Source: Octopus vulgaris
Lineage: Eukaryota
Direction: 5' to 3'
Length of the DNA stretch: 64,000 nt
Assembly: GCA_951406725.2 (NCBI GenBank)
Contig: OX597821.1
Coordinates: 77,066,001 to 77,130,000, forward strand
Part shown: piece by piece, positions 51,565-64,000 of the stretch
How the letters are laid out: every line of letters begins with the position of its first letter
Numbering within the stretch: the stretch's first letter is position 1
The notes under the pieces: generated by a model
Databases searched by the model: none
Told to the model about the DNA's origin: nothing
What the model saw: the letters and a program-made list of their open reading frames with translations, nothing else
Program-made: the position numbers and the translations under genes

Positions 51565-51915
51565 CCCGCTGTCTCTCTTTCTTTCTCTGTCTCTCTCACA
51601 CAATACACACACACTCTTTCTCTGGTACACACACACTCTCTTTCGTACACACACACACTCTCTTTCGTACACACACACACACACACTCTCTCTCTCTTTC
51701 GTACAGTACGAGAGAGAGAGAAAGTGTGAACGAGAGAGAGTATGTGTGTGTACGAGTGTGTGTGTGTGTGTGTGTACGAAAGAGAGTGTGTGTGTACCAG
51801 AGAAAGAATCTGTGTGTATTGTGTGAGAGAGAGAAAGAAAGACAGCGGGTGTGTGTGTGTGTGAGAGAGAGAGAGAGAAAGATCGTGTGTGCCTGTCTTT
51901 GCGAGAGAGAGAAAG
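51493..51915. repeat. fold-back of microsatellite-rich sequence, about 420 bp
   Basis: unique words AAAGACAG, CCCGCTGTC, CACAATACAC, TCTCTGGTAC, TTTCGTAC mirrored around TCGTAC-A-GTACGA (centre 51705). Confidence 0.85.
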
Positions 51916-51945
51916 AGAGAGAGAGAGAAAGAAAGAGTGTGTGTA

Positions 51946-52011
<66 letters not shown>

Positions 52012-52927
52012 CATGCTTGTTAGCCCCATTTGGCATTCATTGAGCAGACTTTGACCGAAAGTGCTTGAGCCATGATCATCTCATAACCCCACAACTTTTA
52101 GACGATTAACAATACATATATTTGAGGTTTTGCTGCTATTTCTAGGAGTTCGACCGACCACCAAGAGGACCGTGTTTGTTCTTTTTCGCTCGTTACTGCC
52201 GACCATTTTCTACACGTGCTTCATGTGTATTCCTCAGTTTATTTACTTGTTCTGTTTGTGTATTTACACAGCAAGATGTCGCTGCTGTATACTATTTCTA
52301 TGTCTATTATGGTCTGGCGAGTCTAAATATCTCGTAATTGTGTCTGGTTTGGATTTTTTCCTCAGGTTTAATCTTCTACAAGGCGCAGCTTTGTTTTAGG
52401 GGTCACTCAGCATGTTTGGAGAACATTTACAGACAAACACAGACATTTACGAGGACGCACACCTACACACACACACACATACATACGGTATACACGCACA
52501 TGTATATACACACACGTGTATACACAATAATGGCCTTAGAAATACATTTGCATACATATGTTCTATGTTATATATATAATGTGTGTAGAAATATGTCTGT
52601 GTGTATGCGTGCGCGCGGATGTGTGTATGTGTGTGTATGTATATATATATGTATGTGTGTGTGTGTGTATATAGGAAAGCAAAAGAGAAGGAGAGAAAAG
52701 AAGAAAATAGTGTATACGTCTACGCACGCTCCTATATAGACGTATACAGACATCTATATAATTACACATAATCATATACACGCATTCTACACAAACAACA
52801 CAACATACATACACACATACATGCATGCATACATACATACATACATACATACATACATACATACATACATACATACATACATACATACATACATACATAC
52901 ATACATACACACACACATACATACATA

Positions 52928-53136
52928 TACGAGTCTGATCAATAAGTGTCTAGACTGTTGCCATAGTAACGAAGCTAAAACACGCAGAGTAAAGCTGATT
53001 GGCAAAGATTGAACTTGAACTCTGCTGTGAATGCACACTAAACTTTAACGTTCTAGTGCACTTCTGCTGTTTAAAGCAGTGCTTGGAAGGAAGGTGTGTA
53101 GCGTGTGGTTGTCGCATTTACCATGAAAGAGAAACT
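52928..53136 (+). mobile_element. mariner-type transposon 5' end
   Basis: homologous to 5951-6190 up to the ATG. Confidence 0.7.
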
Positions 53137-53405
53137 CACCACAAGGGGAAAATCTCTTCAATGAAATTCTCTTCTACAATTCATATACACGGCGGGCTTC
53201 CGCATAGTTTCTTCCTACAAAATAAAACACACGGCATTGGTCGGGCCAGGGTTACAGTAGGCGATACTTGAAAAATGTGCCACTAAGTGAAACTGAACCT
53301 GAAACCAAGTTTTTACCAATACAACCTATGCCAAAGGTTGACCAATACCTTGTGGGTGAATTTTGATCGGGAGGGGCTAGGTGGAAGCCCACCATATACA
53401 TATAT

Positions 53406-53498
<93 letters not shown>

Positions 53499-53534
53499 AA
53501 TTGTCCGGCATTCGCCATGATAGATCGGTAGCCA

Positions 53535-53690
53535 CTACACACACTTTTTTTTTCACTCCTTGTTTCTGTCTGTGTTCCTTTCTGTGGAAGAGCGTAGGCT
53601 CGAAACGTTAAACACTTTTTCAATTCCCGAGCGTTATATTTATACATTTGTTCGTTTTCTACACCACCTAACTTCGTCTTTTTTTTTTGG
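53535..53690 (+). mobile_element. solo PLE pLTR (family A variant) with hammerhead at 53579-53612
   Basis: TTT-CTGTGGA-AGAGC-gtag-GCTC-GAAAC-GTT-AAA. Confidence 0.75.
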
Positions 53691-53745
53691 GGGGGGGGGA
53701 TTCTCCCTATATATATATGTGTGTGTGTGTGTATGTATATAAATA

Positions 53746-53985
53746 CAGGGTGTTCAAAAAGTCTCCCCGCAGTGATGTTTTGAGATTCTCCAAGATGTAT
53801 TGCAAAACATGTGTAGAAGACTCAACTTATGCATTGAAAGCAAAGGACGACGTTTTCAACACGTCTTATAAAGTTTTTTAAAGTCTTGTAAAGTCTAATA
53901 TATTTTTTTTGTAGTCTTATAGCATCTTATAAATATTTATTTTGCAATAAAATACTTACAGCGGGGAGACTTTTTGAACACCCTG
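53746..53985. mobile_element. Tc1/mariner MITE, 240 bp
   Basis: perfect 25-bp TIR CAGGGTGTTCAAAAAGTCTCCCCGC, TA TSD on both sides. Confidence 0.92.
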
Positions 53986-53993
53986 TATACACA

Positions 53994-54066
<73 letters not shown>

Positions 54067-54404
54067 GTGTATGTATGTGGACCTTTGTGTGATTGTGGTA
54101 TTAGTATTCACGGCCCTTAATCCATGTTATATTGGTGGCGTCGTTTTATTTGTGACTTTTCATATTTCCCTAGTTACACATACACCAACTCTGTTTAGAC
54201 AACTTCTATTCGGATTCATCATTGCATACGATTCCATAGAGTCACACATGAAATTTAATCATATTCTTTACTCTTCTTTTTCTTTGGCGCGTCTTCGCAG
54301 CAAGGAAATGTTGTTACTGATGAAATCGTTATCGTTAAGGAAATATATCTTTTATCTTTTACTTGCTTCAGTCATTTGACAGCGGCCATGCTGGGGCACT
54401 GCAT

Positions 54405-54516
<112 letters not shown>

Positions 54517-55187
54517 ATGTGTGTATGTGTGTGTATATCGTCGAACATAAAAAGAATTTAAATAAAAATTATTAATCATAAAGTTATTTGAAAATAAGTG
54601 ACACGAACCTGAAAGCTTCTCCTTCCAAAAGGTTCGTGTCGTTCTGTTTTTACAAGATTTTAATTTTTATTTTGTCAATGATAATTATTGTAAGAATATC
54701 TTTATTTAAATATTGTGACTGTATCAAGAAAGTTTTATAAAAAAACTTTTTTTTAAAACACACGCACAAATATATACAACAAATTGTTTGTTTATTAAAA
54801 TTATCTGCGTCTATGGAGGATGTGTCATGGCTCCAGATGAGCAGGGAAGATGATATCAAAAATCAAGAATTTTCTTCAAAGTTGAGATGCCGTCAATGAA
54901 AAGGACAAACTAATGGTATGAAGATAACGAGGACAGTATTGCATACGTGTTTCTGGTTCAATACTCGTCACCATCAGGAGAATTGTTTTGACATTACCTC
55001 CAATAACCAGGGGACTTGTTGTTGTTGGTTGTTATTTCTCGAGCCATGCTTGGCTCATGAAGCCCAGTTTCCCGGTTTCATTGACGTATAGGTCCCCCAC
55101 CTGAATGTGACGTCGGTCCGTCGCAGGTGAGCTGCTAGATGCAGGTGGAAAGATTGAGAGAAAGTTGTGGCGAAAGAGTTAGCAGAA

Positions 55188-55331
55188 CATTATTTACATT
55201 ATTTACAATTGACGGATATTTGTCCTCATTTTGTTTGTTGTTAACACGCCATATGCCCGTAGGCATATGGCGTAGTGGTTAAGAGCGCGGGCTACTAACC
55301 TCAAGATTCCGAGTTCGATTCCAGGCATTGA

Positions 55332-55386
<55 letters not shown>

Positions 55387-55593
55387 TATAAATATAATAA
55401 TAATAATAACATCGAAAAATACCTTAGGAATGAGAACCTAGGTTCGAAATTTCCCCCAAGACACATGATGAAGGCTGGAGGGTATATCAGCCGAAAGGAT
55501 GTGTTAACAACAAACAAGATGAGGACAAATATCCGTCAATTGCAAATAAGGAAAATAATATACATAAGTCCTCATCTCTTAAATATAGAACAA
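55188..55593 (+). mobile_element. hammerhead element family B, complete unit (tRNA head-(AAT)n-HHR-tail) with a short inverted arm
   Basis: inverted 3' arm 55188-55247, head 55262-55335, (AAT)n, mutated HHR 55461-55504, tail to 55591; TSD AGT(T/C)AGCAGAA at 55177-55187 and 55594-55604. Confidence 0.88.
55262..55335 (+). promoter_or_regulatory. tRNA-derived head with Pol III A box (TGGCGTAGTGG) and B box (GAGTTCGATTCC)
   Basis: canonical box spacing, anticodon-arm-like GGG-CTACTAA-CC; acceptor stem not paired. Confidence 0.8.
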
Positions 55594-55859
55594 AGTCAGC
55601 AGAAGTTCGCCATTACCCTCTGCCGGAGCCGCGTGGAGCATAGGTGTTTCGTTCATTAATACACACATCGCCCGGTCTCAGATTCGAGCCCGCGAATCCG
55701 CTGCTCTAACCAGTAGGCCATGTGCCTCCACTAAAGACTTACACTTATTGAAAAAGAAGAGAACACAGTTATGTATTAGCATGCATATGTATAAATTGAC
55801 AGGATGAGATAAAAACAATCCAAGGCTGTAAATAGTTTTCAGAACATTTATAAAGCAAA

Positions 55860-55905
55860 GGTCTTACAGCTGTTTCCGGGATATTTTATATATCCCTTCA
55901 GAAAT
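55860..55905 (-). ncRNA. hammerhead with a deletion in the core (similar to the 1139-1224 family)
   Basis: minus TTCTGA-AGGGATAT-ataaa-ATATCCC-G-GAAAC-agct-GTA-AGAC; 7-bp stem II. Confidence 0.55.
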
Positions 55906-56139
55906 TGGAGTCAAGAAGGAGTGCGATTGGACATTTATTTATTATTCGATACAATTGTCTCGACGCAACGTAGTTCTCCAAGAATACAAACATTTGATTT
56001 TGTAACTGTTTGTTTGCATAATGAGATCTAGCTGTGTTTCCTCAGGCGAGAACGTATATAATAATACTCCCTGATAGTACTGGGCAATTCTGAGGTGGAC
56101 GAGCATTATACTGTACTCTATCAGGTTCCTAACTGATTA

Positions 56140-56182
<43 letters not shown>

Positions 56183-56464
56183 CACGTATGCATCTATATA
56201 TATCGTCTATGCATGTAAGTGCTTCTAAGTAGATAAAAACCACAAACACTGATTGAATGAGGGGCTCAATACATGCATTGACTCTATTGCAGTTTTGTTC
56301 ACAATGAGTAGCGACTGGATGAATGTTCACCTTCGAATAAAAGAGTAATACCTGCAAAATGTGTATGGATTTTCGTATTCTCTCCCATAGTGACACTAAT
56401 GAAATTGTAACTACACGTGCACACAGCCCAAAACAAACAATCATCCTATATATAAGATTTGATC

Positions 56465-57449
56465 TGCACATACATACGCACGTACATATATGCATACATG
56501 CATACGTCCTTACATACATACATACAATCACACATGCTTGAATACACACATACATACAATACGTACAAAACATGTACACATAAATACATATATACATACT
56601 TATACAGATACTCACAAACATACACACACATCATATACACATAATACATACATGCATGCATGCACGCACGCATACATGCATACATATATACATGCATACA
56701 TGCATACATGCATACATACATACATACATACATACATGCATGCATGTATGCATACATGCATGCATACATACATACATACATACATACATACATACATACA
56801 TACATACATACATACATACATAGACATCCATAAATACATGCGTACACGCAACGCTATTTTTCTCATTCACAATATTTATTCAAACTCCGTGGGCGTAACA
56901 CCTGTTTCTCTGTTGATAGCAATCAGCAACTGTAACCCAAGGCAAAGGGTGGGGCCTCCAGTATCTGAAATACGCGCACTCCTGCGTATCGATCTCACAC
57001 AGTTACGTGTAAAATGTCAGTTGTCAACATCCCGCGGCCGCCCACCGACACGCGAAACGGATAGCATTTTTAACGAAGATAAGTTAAAATCTTGTTCAAA
57101 TATTATGTATGTACATTTTTTTGTACGTATACATGGGTTTGTGTTGAACATTCACACATATTTTTTACACATGAACATAGATTCGAATATATACGTGTAT
57201 ATATTTATATATATGCATTATGTGTATATACACATGCATAAATGCACACATACGTACACACAAATGCACACATACATAACTACACACACAAACATATATT
57301 CAAACACATACATGCATATACATACATTCATACATGCATGCATACATACATACATACATACGTACATACACACATACATACATTCATACATGCATGCATA
57401 CATACATACATACATACGTACGTACGTACATACATACATACATACATAC

Positions 57450-57480
<31 letters not shown>

Positions 57481-57494
57481 CATACATACATACA

Positions 57495-57527
<33 letters not shown>

Positions 57528-57545
57528 GCATGCATACATACACGT
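56465..57545. repeat. degenerate (CATA)n/(CATG)n fields around a unique island of about 250 bp
   Basis: direct inspection. Confidence 0.85.
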
Positions 57546-57931
57546 CTAGAATCCATGAAAAAACTGTGGGCTTTGGGTTTTTCTTTCTGTCAGTTTTTTT
57601 CTCTCCATTATTGCGTTTCTTTTCATCTGGCTCTAGATTTTCTAATTTTTATTTTCCTTAACTCTTCCTTGTAGTGATTGACTCACAATTTTCGTTATAT
57701 CTTCTCTCTGTCTCTAACTGTTTATCAATCTATCTATAGGTCTACCTCTTTCTCTCTCTCCCCCCTCTCTATCTCCCCTCTCTCTCCCCCCCCTCTCACC
57801 ATGTATATTTATACATATATTTATACATGTATATATGTGTATGTGTGTGTATGCATGGATGACGCATGTCTATGAGTATATATGTATGCATGCATGTATC
57901 TATCTATCTATTTATCTATCTATCTCCTATA

Positions 57932-58072
<141 letters not shown>

Positions 58073-58788
58073 TTCGCTCAATTCTTTCACTCTTTGAAAA
58101 TCTAACACCAGATTTCCCTAATGTCTCCAACACTCGCACTTTGATAACATACACATATCCTGCTTCTATCTCTTTCTATGTCTCGGTGTCTCCCATACTT
58201 ACACTTTCTTTCTCTCTCTCTCTCTCTTTCACTTTCTATTTATCTATCTATATATCTCTCTTTCTCTCTCGCTCATTCCCATTCTCTCACGCCGTATAAT
58301 ACTATTGTTATTTTATCACATTACCTCTCTAATATCTTTTGTTTTATTGTACACTACATTTTTCCTTCTAACTCTCTTCACTTACGTAAGCTACCGGTTG
58401 CTGCTTATTTCTTTCCCTCTCAGTCTCCCTTTATAATACTCTCTTTTTCTCCTTCTGTCACCTCTTTCTGCACAGTCACTAATTTCTCATCCAAGTGCGG
58501 TCGAAACAAAGAAAGGAATAACCGCAAAACGTGACTTGACGTTACATTTAATTTCATATCCTTGTTAAAGCCATTGCCTGAAGCGATGCTAGAACTCCGC
58601 CTTGAAAGTGTTTTTAGTAAAAACCTGGTACTTATGTTAAACGCCGTTTTAACCGAACCGCTAAGTTACAGTTACATAAATAGATCAACACCAATTGTCA
58701 AGCGGTGCGAGGAACAAACACAGGCACAAAGATACACGCACTCACGTACATACAAGCACACACACACACACACATACACACAACACAG

Positions 58789-58887
<99 letters not shown>

Positions 58888-58960
58888 TAGTTGAAATTGA
58901 CAGAAAAATAAAAGACGAAGACAGGAGTATAAACGACAAGCAGGTTTATTAGTTTGACGC
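58888..58960 (-). mobile_element. family A pLTR 3' tail fragment (no HHR)
   Basis: TAGTTGAAATT.ACAGAAAAA.AAAAGACGAAGACAGG matches 50873 onward; abuts (TA)n. Confidence 0.7.
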
Positions 58961-59917
58961 ATATATATGTTAATGCTCACTGCATATTCAGTACTCCAGC
59001 ATGACCGCAATCAAAAGATTGAAACTAGGAAACAAAAATACAAGAATAAGGCAAATTTGTCATGAATCATTTTGCAATGATTAATGACACGCTGTGATCA
59101 ACTGGAAGAGAATTCGTGGCGAAAAGTAATGTCCGAGACCGGGCAGCTGTCTACTGTTGTACTTTCATCACAATCTCGATTTTCTGACCTTTAACGCTAC
59201 ATAATACAGAAGGTCTTTACTTTTGTGATAGCTCTGCATCATATGATCGTACGATTGTATGATCTCGTATCAACAGTAATTTCTGTAAGGGACTTTTCAA
59301 TCACGCATATATGTCTGTTTTGTATGTGCACATATGCACACATTCGCACACATACGGTGAACCCCGCTGTACTCTTTCACCACAACTTTTTCTCACTCTT
59401 TCTTCCTACAAAGCAGAGGATCCATGGTGTAACCCACTATGGTGTGGTAAACTTTCAGACCCTAGTCTAGATTGCGAATCCTCTGTACCCCAGGATGGTT
59501 CAGCTCTCCACCAGTTAAAAGCTACCATTTACGAAATCAGGATAACAACGCAGCTTTCGCGCCCGTGCAACCGCCAGTCTATCGCGTGTGGTGGGTGGAT
59601 CTTCAAGTTTCCACACACATTCTTACTAGCTTAGAGTAGGCTCGAATTAGATATTATTCTTTGTGGCTGACGGCGTGAGTCCTGATTGGAAGAAGAAGAA
59701 GAAGAAGAAGAAGAAGAAGAAGAAGAAGAAGAAGAAGAAGAAGAAGAAGAAGAAGAAGAAGAAGAAGAAGACAGCAGCAGCAGCAGCAGCAACAATGGCA
59801 GCAACTTCTAGAATAACGGCATCCATACCACTACTAACACTAAAACCACACCACTCCTTTTATATGTATGCTTCTGCGTATATCAGTGTTGTAACGTTGA
59901 TTTACAACAGGTCTGGA

Positions 59918-60236
59918 TCTTCGTCGGTTACCACGATGAGTGTTCCAATTGATCCTATTACCCCGAACAGCCTGCTCGTGAAATTATCGTTCACGTGGCT
60001 GAGCACTCCACAGACACGTGTACTCTTAACGTAGTTTTCGGGAATATACAGCGTGACAGAGTGCGATGAGGCTGGGCCTTTCAATTACGGGTACAATTTA
60101 TTTCTGCAAGCTGAATGGACTGGAGCAACGTGAAACAGAGTGTCTTGTTCAAGGATAGAATTCCCCGCCGAGGATTGATCTGATGACCTCACGATCGTGA
60201 AATGAAAACTCTAACCACCTACCCACATGCCTTCAC
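59918..60236 (-). mobile_element. SINE S4
   Basis: minus GTGAAGGCATGTGG head, CCTTGAACAAGACAC..TTTCACGTTGCTCCAGTCCA domain, S3-type tail. Confidence 0.8.
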
Positions 60237-60389
60237 TAATTTTCAATTAGGTAATGAGATCAACTGTATTTTTAGTACCTTCTTAGTAAGAGAAAAATGA
60301 TATTTTTAAGAAAGAGGCGTCGATGGATGGCAACTAATCTGTGGAAAATCCGATAAAATATTTCATCCCATTTAAAAGTAAGCACTTAT

Positions 60390-60777
60390 GCGGTGAGCTG
60401 GCAGAAATGTTAGCACGCCGGGTGAAATGCTTAGCTATATTTCGTGTGTCTTTACATTCTGAGTTCAAATTCTGCCGAGGACGTCTTCGCCTTTCATCCT
60501 TTTGGGGTCGATAAATTAAGTACCAGTTGCGTACTGGGGTCGATCTAATTGAATAGCCCCCTCCCCAAAAATTTCGGGCCTTGTGCCGAGTGTAGAAAAG
60601 AGTATGCTTAGCTGTATTTCATACATCGCTACGTTCTGAGTTCAAATTCCGTCGAGGTCGACTTTGCCTATCATCTGTTGGCGTCGATAAATTAAGCATC
60701 AGTTAAGTACTGGGGTCGATGTAATCGAATCATACCCTCCCTAAAATTTCAGGCCTTGCGCCTATAGTAGAAAGGAT
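60390..60777 (+). mobile_element. SINE S2 dimer (tail B twice)
   Basis: head-body-tailB-body-tailB; flanked by AAAGTAAGC on both sides. Confidence 0.8.
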
Positions 60778-61252
60778 AAAGTAAGCCCAAGTCGAGTACT
60801 GAAAGCATCAGTTTTATTTATTTTATTTATTCCCTACGAAGCTGTGGTCTTTTACCAGGGCTGGAAAGATTTGTTCATAACAAAGTAGATAGACATGGCG
60901 TGGAGTGGAAGGAACCGTAAAATGGTGGATAAGATTAAACGCAGTATATTTGTTAGAACCACCACTTACATTACGGATTCACACTTCACCGGAGCCGATA
61001 AATTAAATTAATCATATACCTGGGTAGATTTAATGGGCCAAGGGGTTATGTAATGAACAATATTAACAAAGTTTAATTAGCTAAAATTTTACTATTTTGT
61101 GAGAGAAAACAATACAAAAACAAAATGGTTGCAATTGTTAGCAATTTAGAGGGGAAAGGAATGATATTTTCAGAAAATTAACAATCACTTTACAATGCCA
61201 GTTTATATGTTGAGCAAAAGAAAAGTCCGTTATTTGTTTGCCGGTAAGTAAC

Positions 61253-61296
61253 AACTATGAATATGTTTTGGTCTATTACACCTCATCAGCATAGTT
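61253..61296 (-). ncRNA. near-canonical minimal hammerhead, separate family
   Basis: minus AACTATG-CTGATGA-GGT-gtaatag-ACC-AAAAC-AT-ATT-CATAGTT; 7-bp stem I; GAAA>AAAA fits CpG decay. Confidence 0.65.
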
Positions 61297-61309
61297 ATAG
61301 TCAATATTC

Positions 61310-61696
61310 TTTCCTACTCTTGGCACGAGGCCCGAAATTTTGGGAGAAGGGGGCCAGTCAGTTAGATCGACCCCAATATACAATTTATAGACCTCCGAAA
61401 GGATGAAAGGCAAAGTCGACTGAGGCGGAACTTGAACTCAGAACGTAAAGATAGGCGAAATACCTATTTCTTTATTACCCACAAGGGGCTAAACACAGAG
61501 GGGACAAACAAGGACAGACATAGGTATTAAGTCGATTACATCGACCCCAGTACGTAACTGGTACTTAATTTATCGACCCCGAAAGGATGAAAGGCAAAGT
61601 CGACCTCGGCGGAATTTGAACTCACAACGTAACGCAGACGAAATACCGCTAAGCATTTCGCCCGGCGTGCTAACGTTTCTGCCAGCTCGCCGCCTT
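61310..61696 (-). mobile_element. SINE S2 internal dimer
   Basis: TSD ATAGTTATAGTC(A/G)ATATTC at 61291-61309 and 61697-61715. Confidence 0.9.
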
Positions 61697-63494
61697 ATAG
61701 TTATAGTCGATATTCGCCACTCGTTTCTTATGAATATGTGACATTGTATTAAATAAAGAAGTCAATGTTGACTCAGATCGAACTTTATACTAAATTACTC
61801 TTCATTTATCTGAATGAAAGAAAGGTCTTTATATAAACGGCGTGAAAGCGACAAAACACGAGAATCGTTCGCACAGCGGTGATAACGCTTAACGATATTT
61901 CTTCCAGTTGTTTACGTTCTTCCAGTTGTTTACGTATTCGTCTTTGTCCTTTATCCCTCCAGCGTCGATAAAATAAAGTATCAATGGATTACTGGGGGTT
62001 GATGTAATCGACTTTCACATCCCCCCCTCAGAATTGCTGGCGTTGTGCCGAAATTAGAAAGAACTAAGTGTTCAGCTGGTTCTTAATTTACCGATCCTGA
62101 AAGGATGAAAGTTAAAATTCAACCTCGGCGGAATTTAAACTCTTAAGAATTAAGAATTATTGATATCGGCGTGGATAGCCGTGGAGTTTTGCATATGATT
62201 ATAAACCCTGAAATCGATATGAATTGCATATATTTTCCTTATTATGTATATGTAAGCCATTCTTACAAAATGGAAAATGTCCATGATATAAGGTTTTGAT
62301 TCTAATGGTTAATAGTTTTCGCTTTTTTTCACACGCTAAACTCAAACAGCAGGCTTCTTCAGCGAAGAGATTAGAAACAGAGTCTAGTCGAGTAGCTTTA
62401 CTGACTGCGTTAGCTGTCTCGTATTACCTTAATTTAGTGGCACCAAGGTTCCGAGTTAAGTTATTGAATATGCTCGAAATTGCAGTGGGGCTCAGGGAAA
62501 TGCTAACTCAATCTTTCTGCCTTTTCCCCTAACTTCTAAACTAATTCAAAGTCATTATCCCCATGTTGCAGCCATCGTGGCAATGTAATAAACAGCTCAC
62601 AACTTGTCGCGCTTAGTCGTTCGGTGGAGATTTCCTGGGTGCCATAGGTCTGCTCGATCAAAGCTATCCTGGGGCTACACAAACAACAACAACAGCAACA
62701 ACACGCGACTAATTAATCACATATAAAGTAGAGGTTTAACGTATTTTACTTTAACTGTTTTAACAAACTATCTTATCTCGGTTTTTCAATTTAACATGTT
62801 AAAAGATAAAATATATAGTTTTTAATAAAATCTGCGAATCATTCATATTAACTTTCTGCCAATGCGCAAAGGAAAAAGCTGGCAGAAAAGCAGGTCTCTA
62901 GGTCCTTAGTGCTGCCAACTAAAACGATACACGGTGTTTATCTTCGGGTACCCGAAGTAATACGATTCTTTACTATATGAATGAACGTGGTTGAGATTAG
63001 GACGTTTTGGCACGTCTCACACTTAACTGCCTTGGGTTATTATAAAATACTTACTCAAAGTGTCGTGCAATGGGACTGAACCTGAAACCGCGGGATTGCA
63101 AGGCGAGCCTCTTAACAACATAACAATACCTGCATCTGAGTCCAAATATAAAAATAACAGGTGCGTATGTGGCTTCAATAACTTTTCCTGCGAGTTTTAA
63201 AACAAAATTTTGTCTTAATAAAACAGATGTGTCTCTTCTTCTAATAAAACGACAGAAGATAATCCTGCTTATCGTGATTGAAAGAATTTATTACAATAAT
63301 TGAAATTCAGTGCGTTTCTTTCCGCTGGTTTAATTCAAACTCTCCAGTCCTTGAATACCTTTAGCAGATTTCCTTCTGTCGAAAGAATTCGAACCAGGCC
63401 TTCGGCTTCAGCAAAATTTCCTTCCAAAAGTTTCGGTGGGTGTGATAAATATTTATGAACATCGCCTTTCCATTGTTGATTATGTCATAAAAAA

Positions 63495-63875
63495 GTGGAG
63501 GCGCAATGGCTCAGTGGTTAGGGCAGCGGACTCTCGGTCGTAGGATCGCGGTTTCGCTTCCCAGACTGGGCGTTCTGAGTGTTTATTGAGTGAAAACACC
63601 TAAAGCTCTACGAGGTTCCGGCAGGGGGGGGGGGGTGACGAGTCCTGCTGTACTCTTTCAGCACAACTTTCTCTCACTCTTTCTTTCTGTTGTACCTGTA
63701 TTTCAAAGGGCCGGCCTTGTCACACTCTGTGTCACGCTGAATCTCCCTCGAGAACTACGTTAAGGGTACACATGTCTGTGGAGTGCTCAGCCACTTGCAC
63801 GTTAATTTCACGAGCGAGCTGTTCTGTTGATCAGATCAACTGGAACCCTCGTCGTTGTAACCGATGGAGGTCCAC
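63495..63875 (+). mobile_element. SINE S3, full length
   Basis: A box TGGCTCAGTGG, B-box-like GGTTTCGCTTCC, tail ...CCCTCGTCGTTGTAACCGATGGAG. Confidence 0.88.
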
Positions 63876-64000
63876 GACGACGACGATGCCATAAAAGATT
63901 TTAAGTGTCGAAAAAAAAACTTAAAGAAAAAAAGCTGGGAAATATATGTAAACTTGAAGGTGCAGACATAGCTGTGTGGTTAAGAAGCTTTTTTGCAACC

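Larger units (their letters stand above)
55040..55732 (-). mobile_element. S3-like SINE (alternative tail) split by the family-B insertion
   Basis: head GTGGAGGCACATGGCCTACTGGTTAG at about 55732; body resumes at 55187. Confidence 0.75.

Noticed and set aside
55262-55335. Functional tRNA gene with anticodon ACT (also 40100-40180)
   Set aside because: Acceptor stem does not pair, there is no long variable arm as expected for Ser, no T-run terminator, and it is embedded in a repeat; treated as a tRNA-derived head (Thr- or Ile-like, uncertain)

Overview
Repeat-saturated, AT-rich eukaryotic non-coding DNA (large intron or intergenic). The SINE families and the extreme (TA)n/(TACA)n/(CA)n/(GATA)n/(AAT)n load resemble an octopus (coleoid cephalopod) genome; this is an inference from recognition, not a database result. 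No host protein-coding exon could be supported, and nearly all ORFs in the track are translated microsatellites. Real coding remnants are all from transposons: two Neptune-type and one Hydra-type Penelope-like element (PLE; RT + GIY-YIG), three RTE LINE 3' ends (two with tandem C2H2 fingers), a Tx1/L1-like ORF1, and several Tc1/mariner relics. There are also MITEs, two non-autonomous Helitrons and four tRNA-derived SINE families (labelled S1-S4 here). The most striking hidden layer is RNA-structural: about 21 intact or near-intact minimal type-I hammerhead ribozyme (HHR) motifs plus about 6 degenerate or partial ones. One family is a non-coding element built as tRNA-like Pol III head + (AAT)n + HHR + AT-rich tail. 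It occurs at four loci, always as two inverted arms of unequal length between 8-13 bp target-site duplications (TSDs), the signature of PLE integration. It looks like a PLE-mobilised 'hammerhead SINE' and at two loci carries a 530-bp non-coding cargo. All coordinates and alignments were read by eye.
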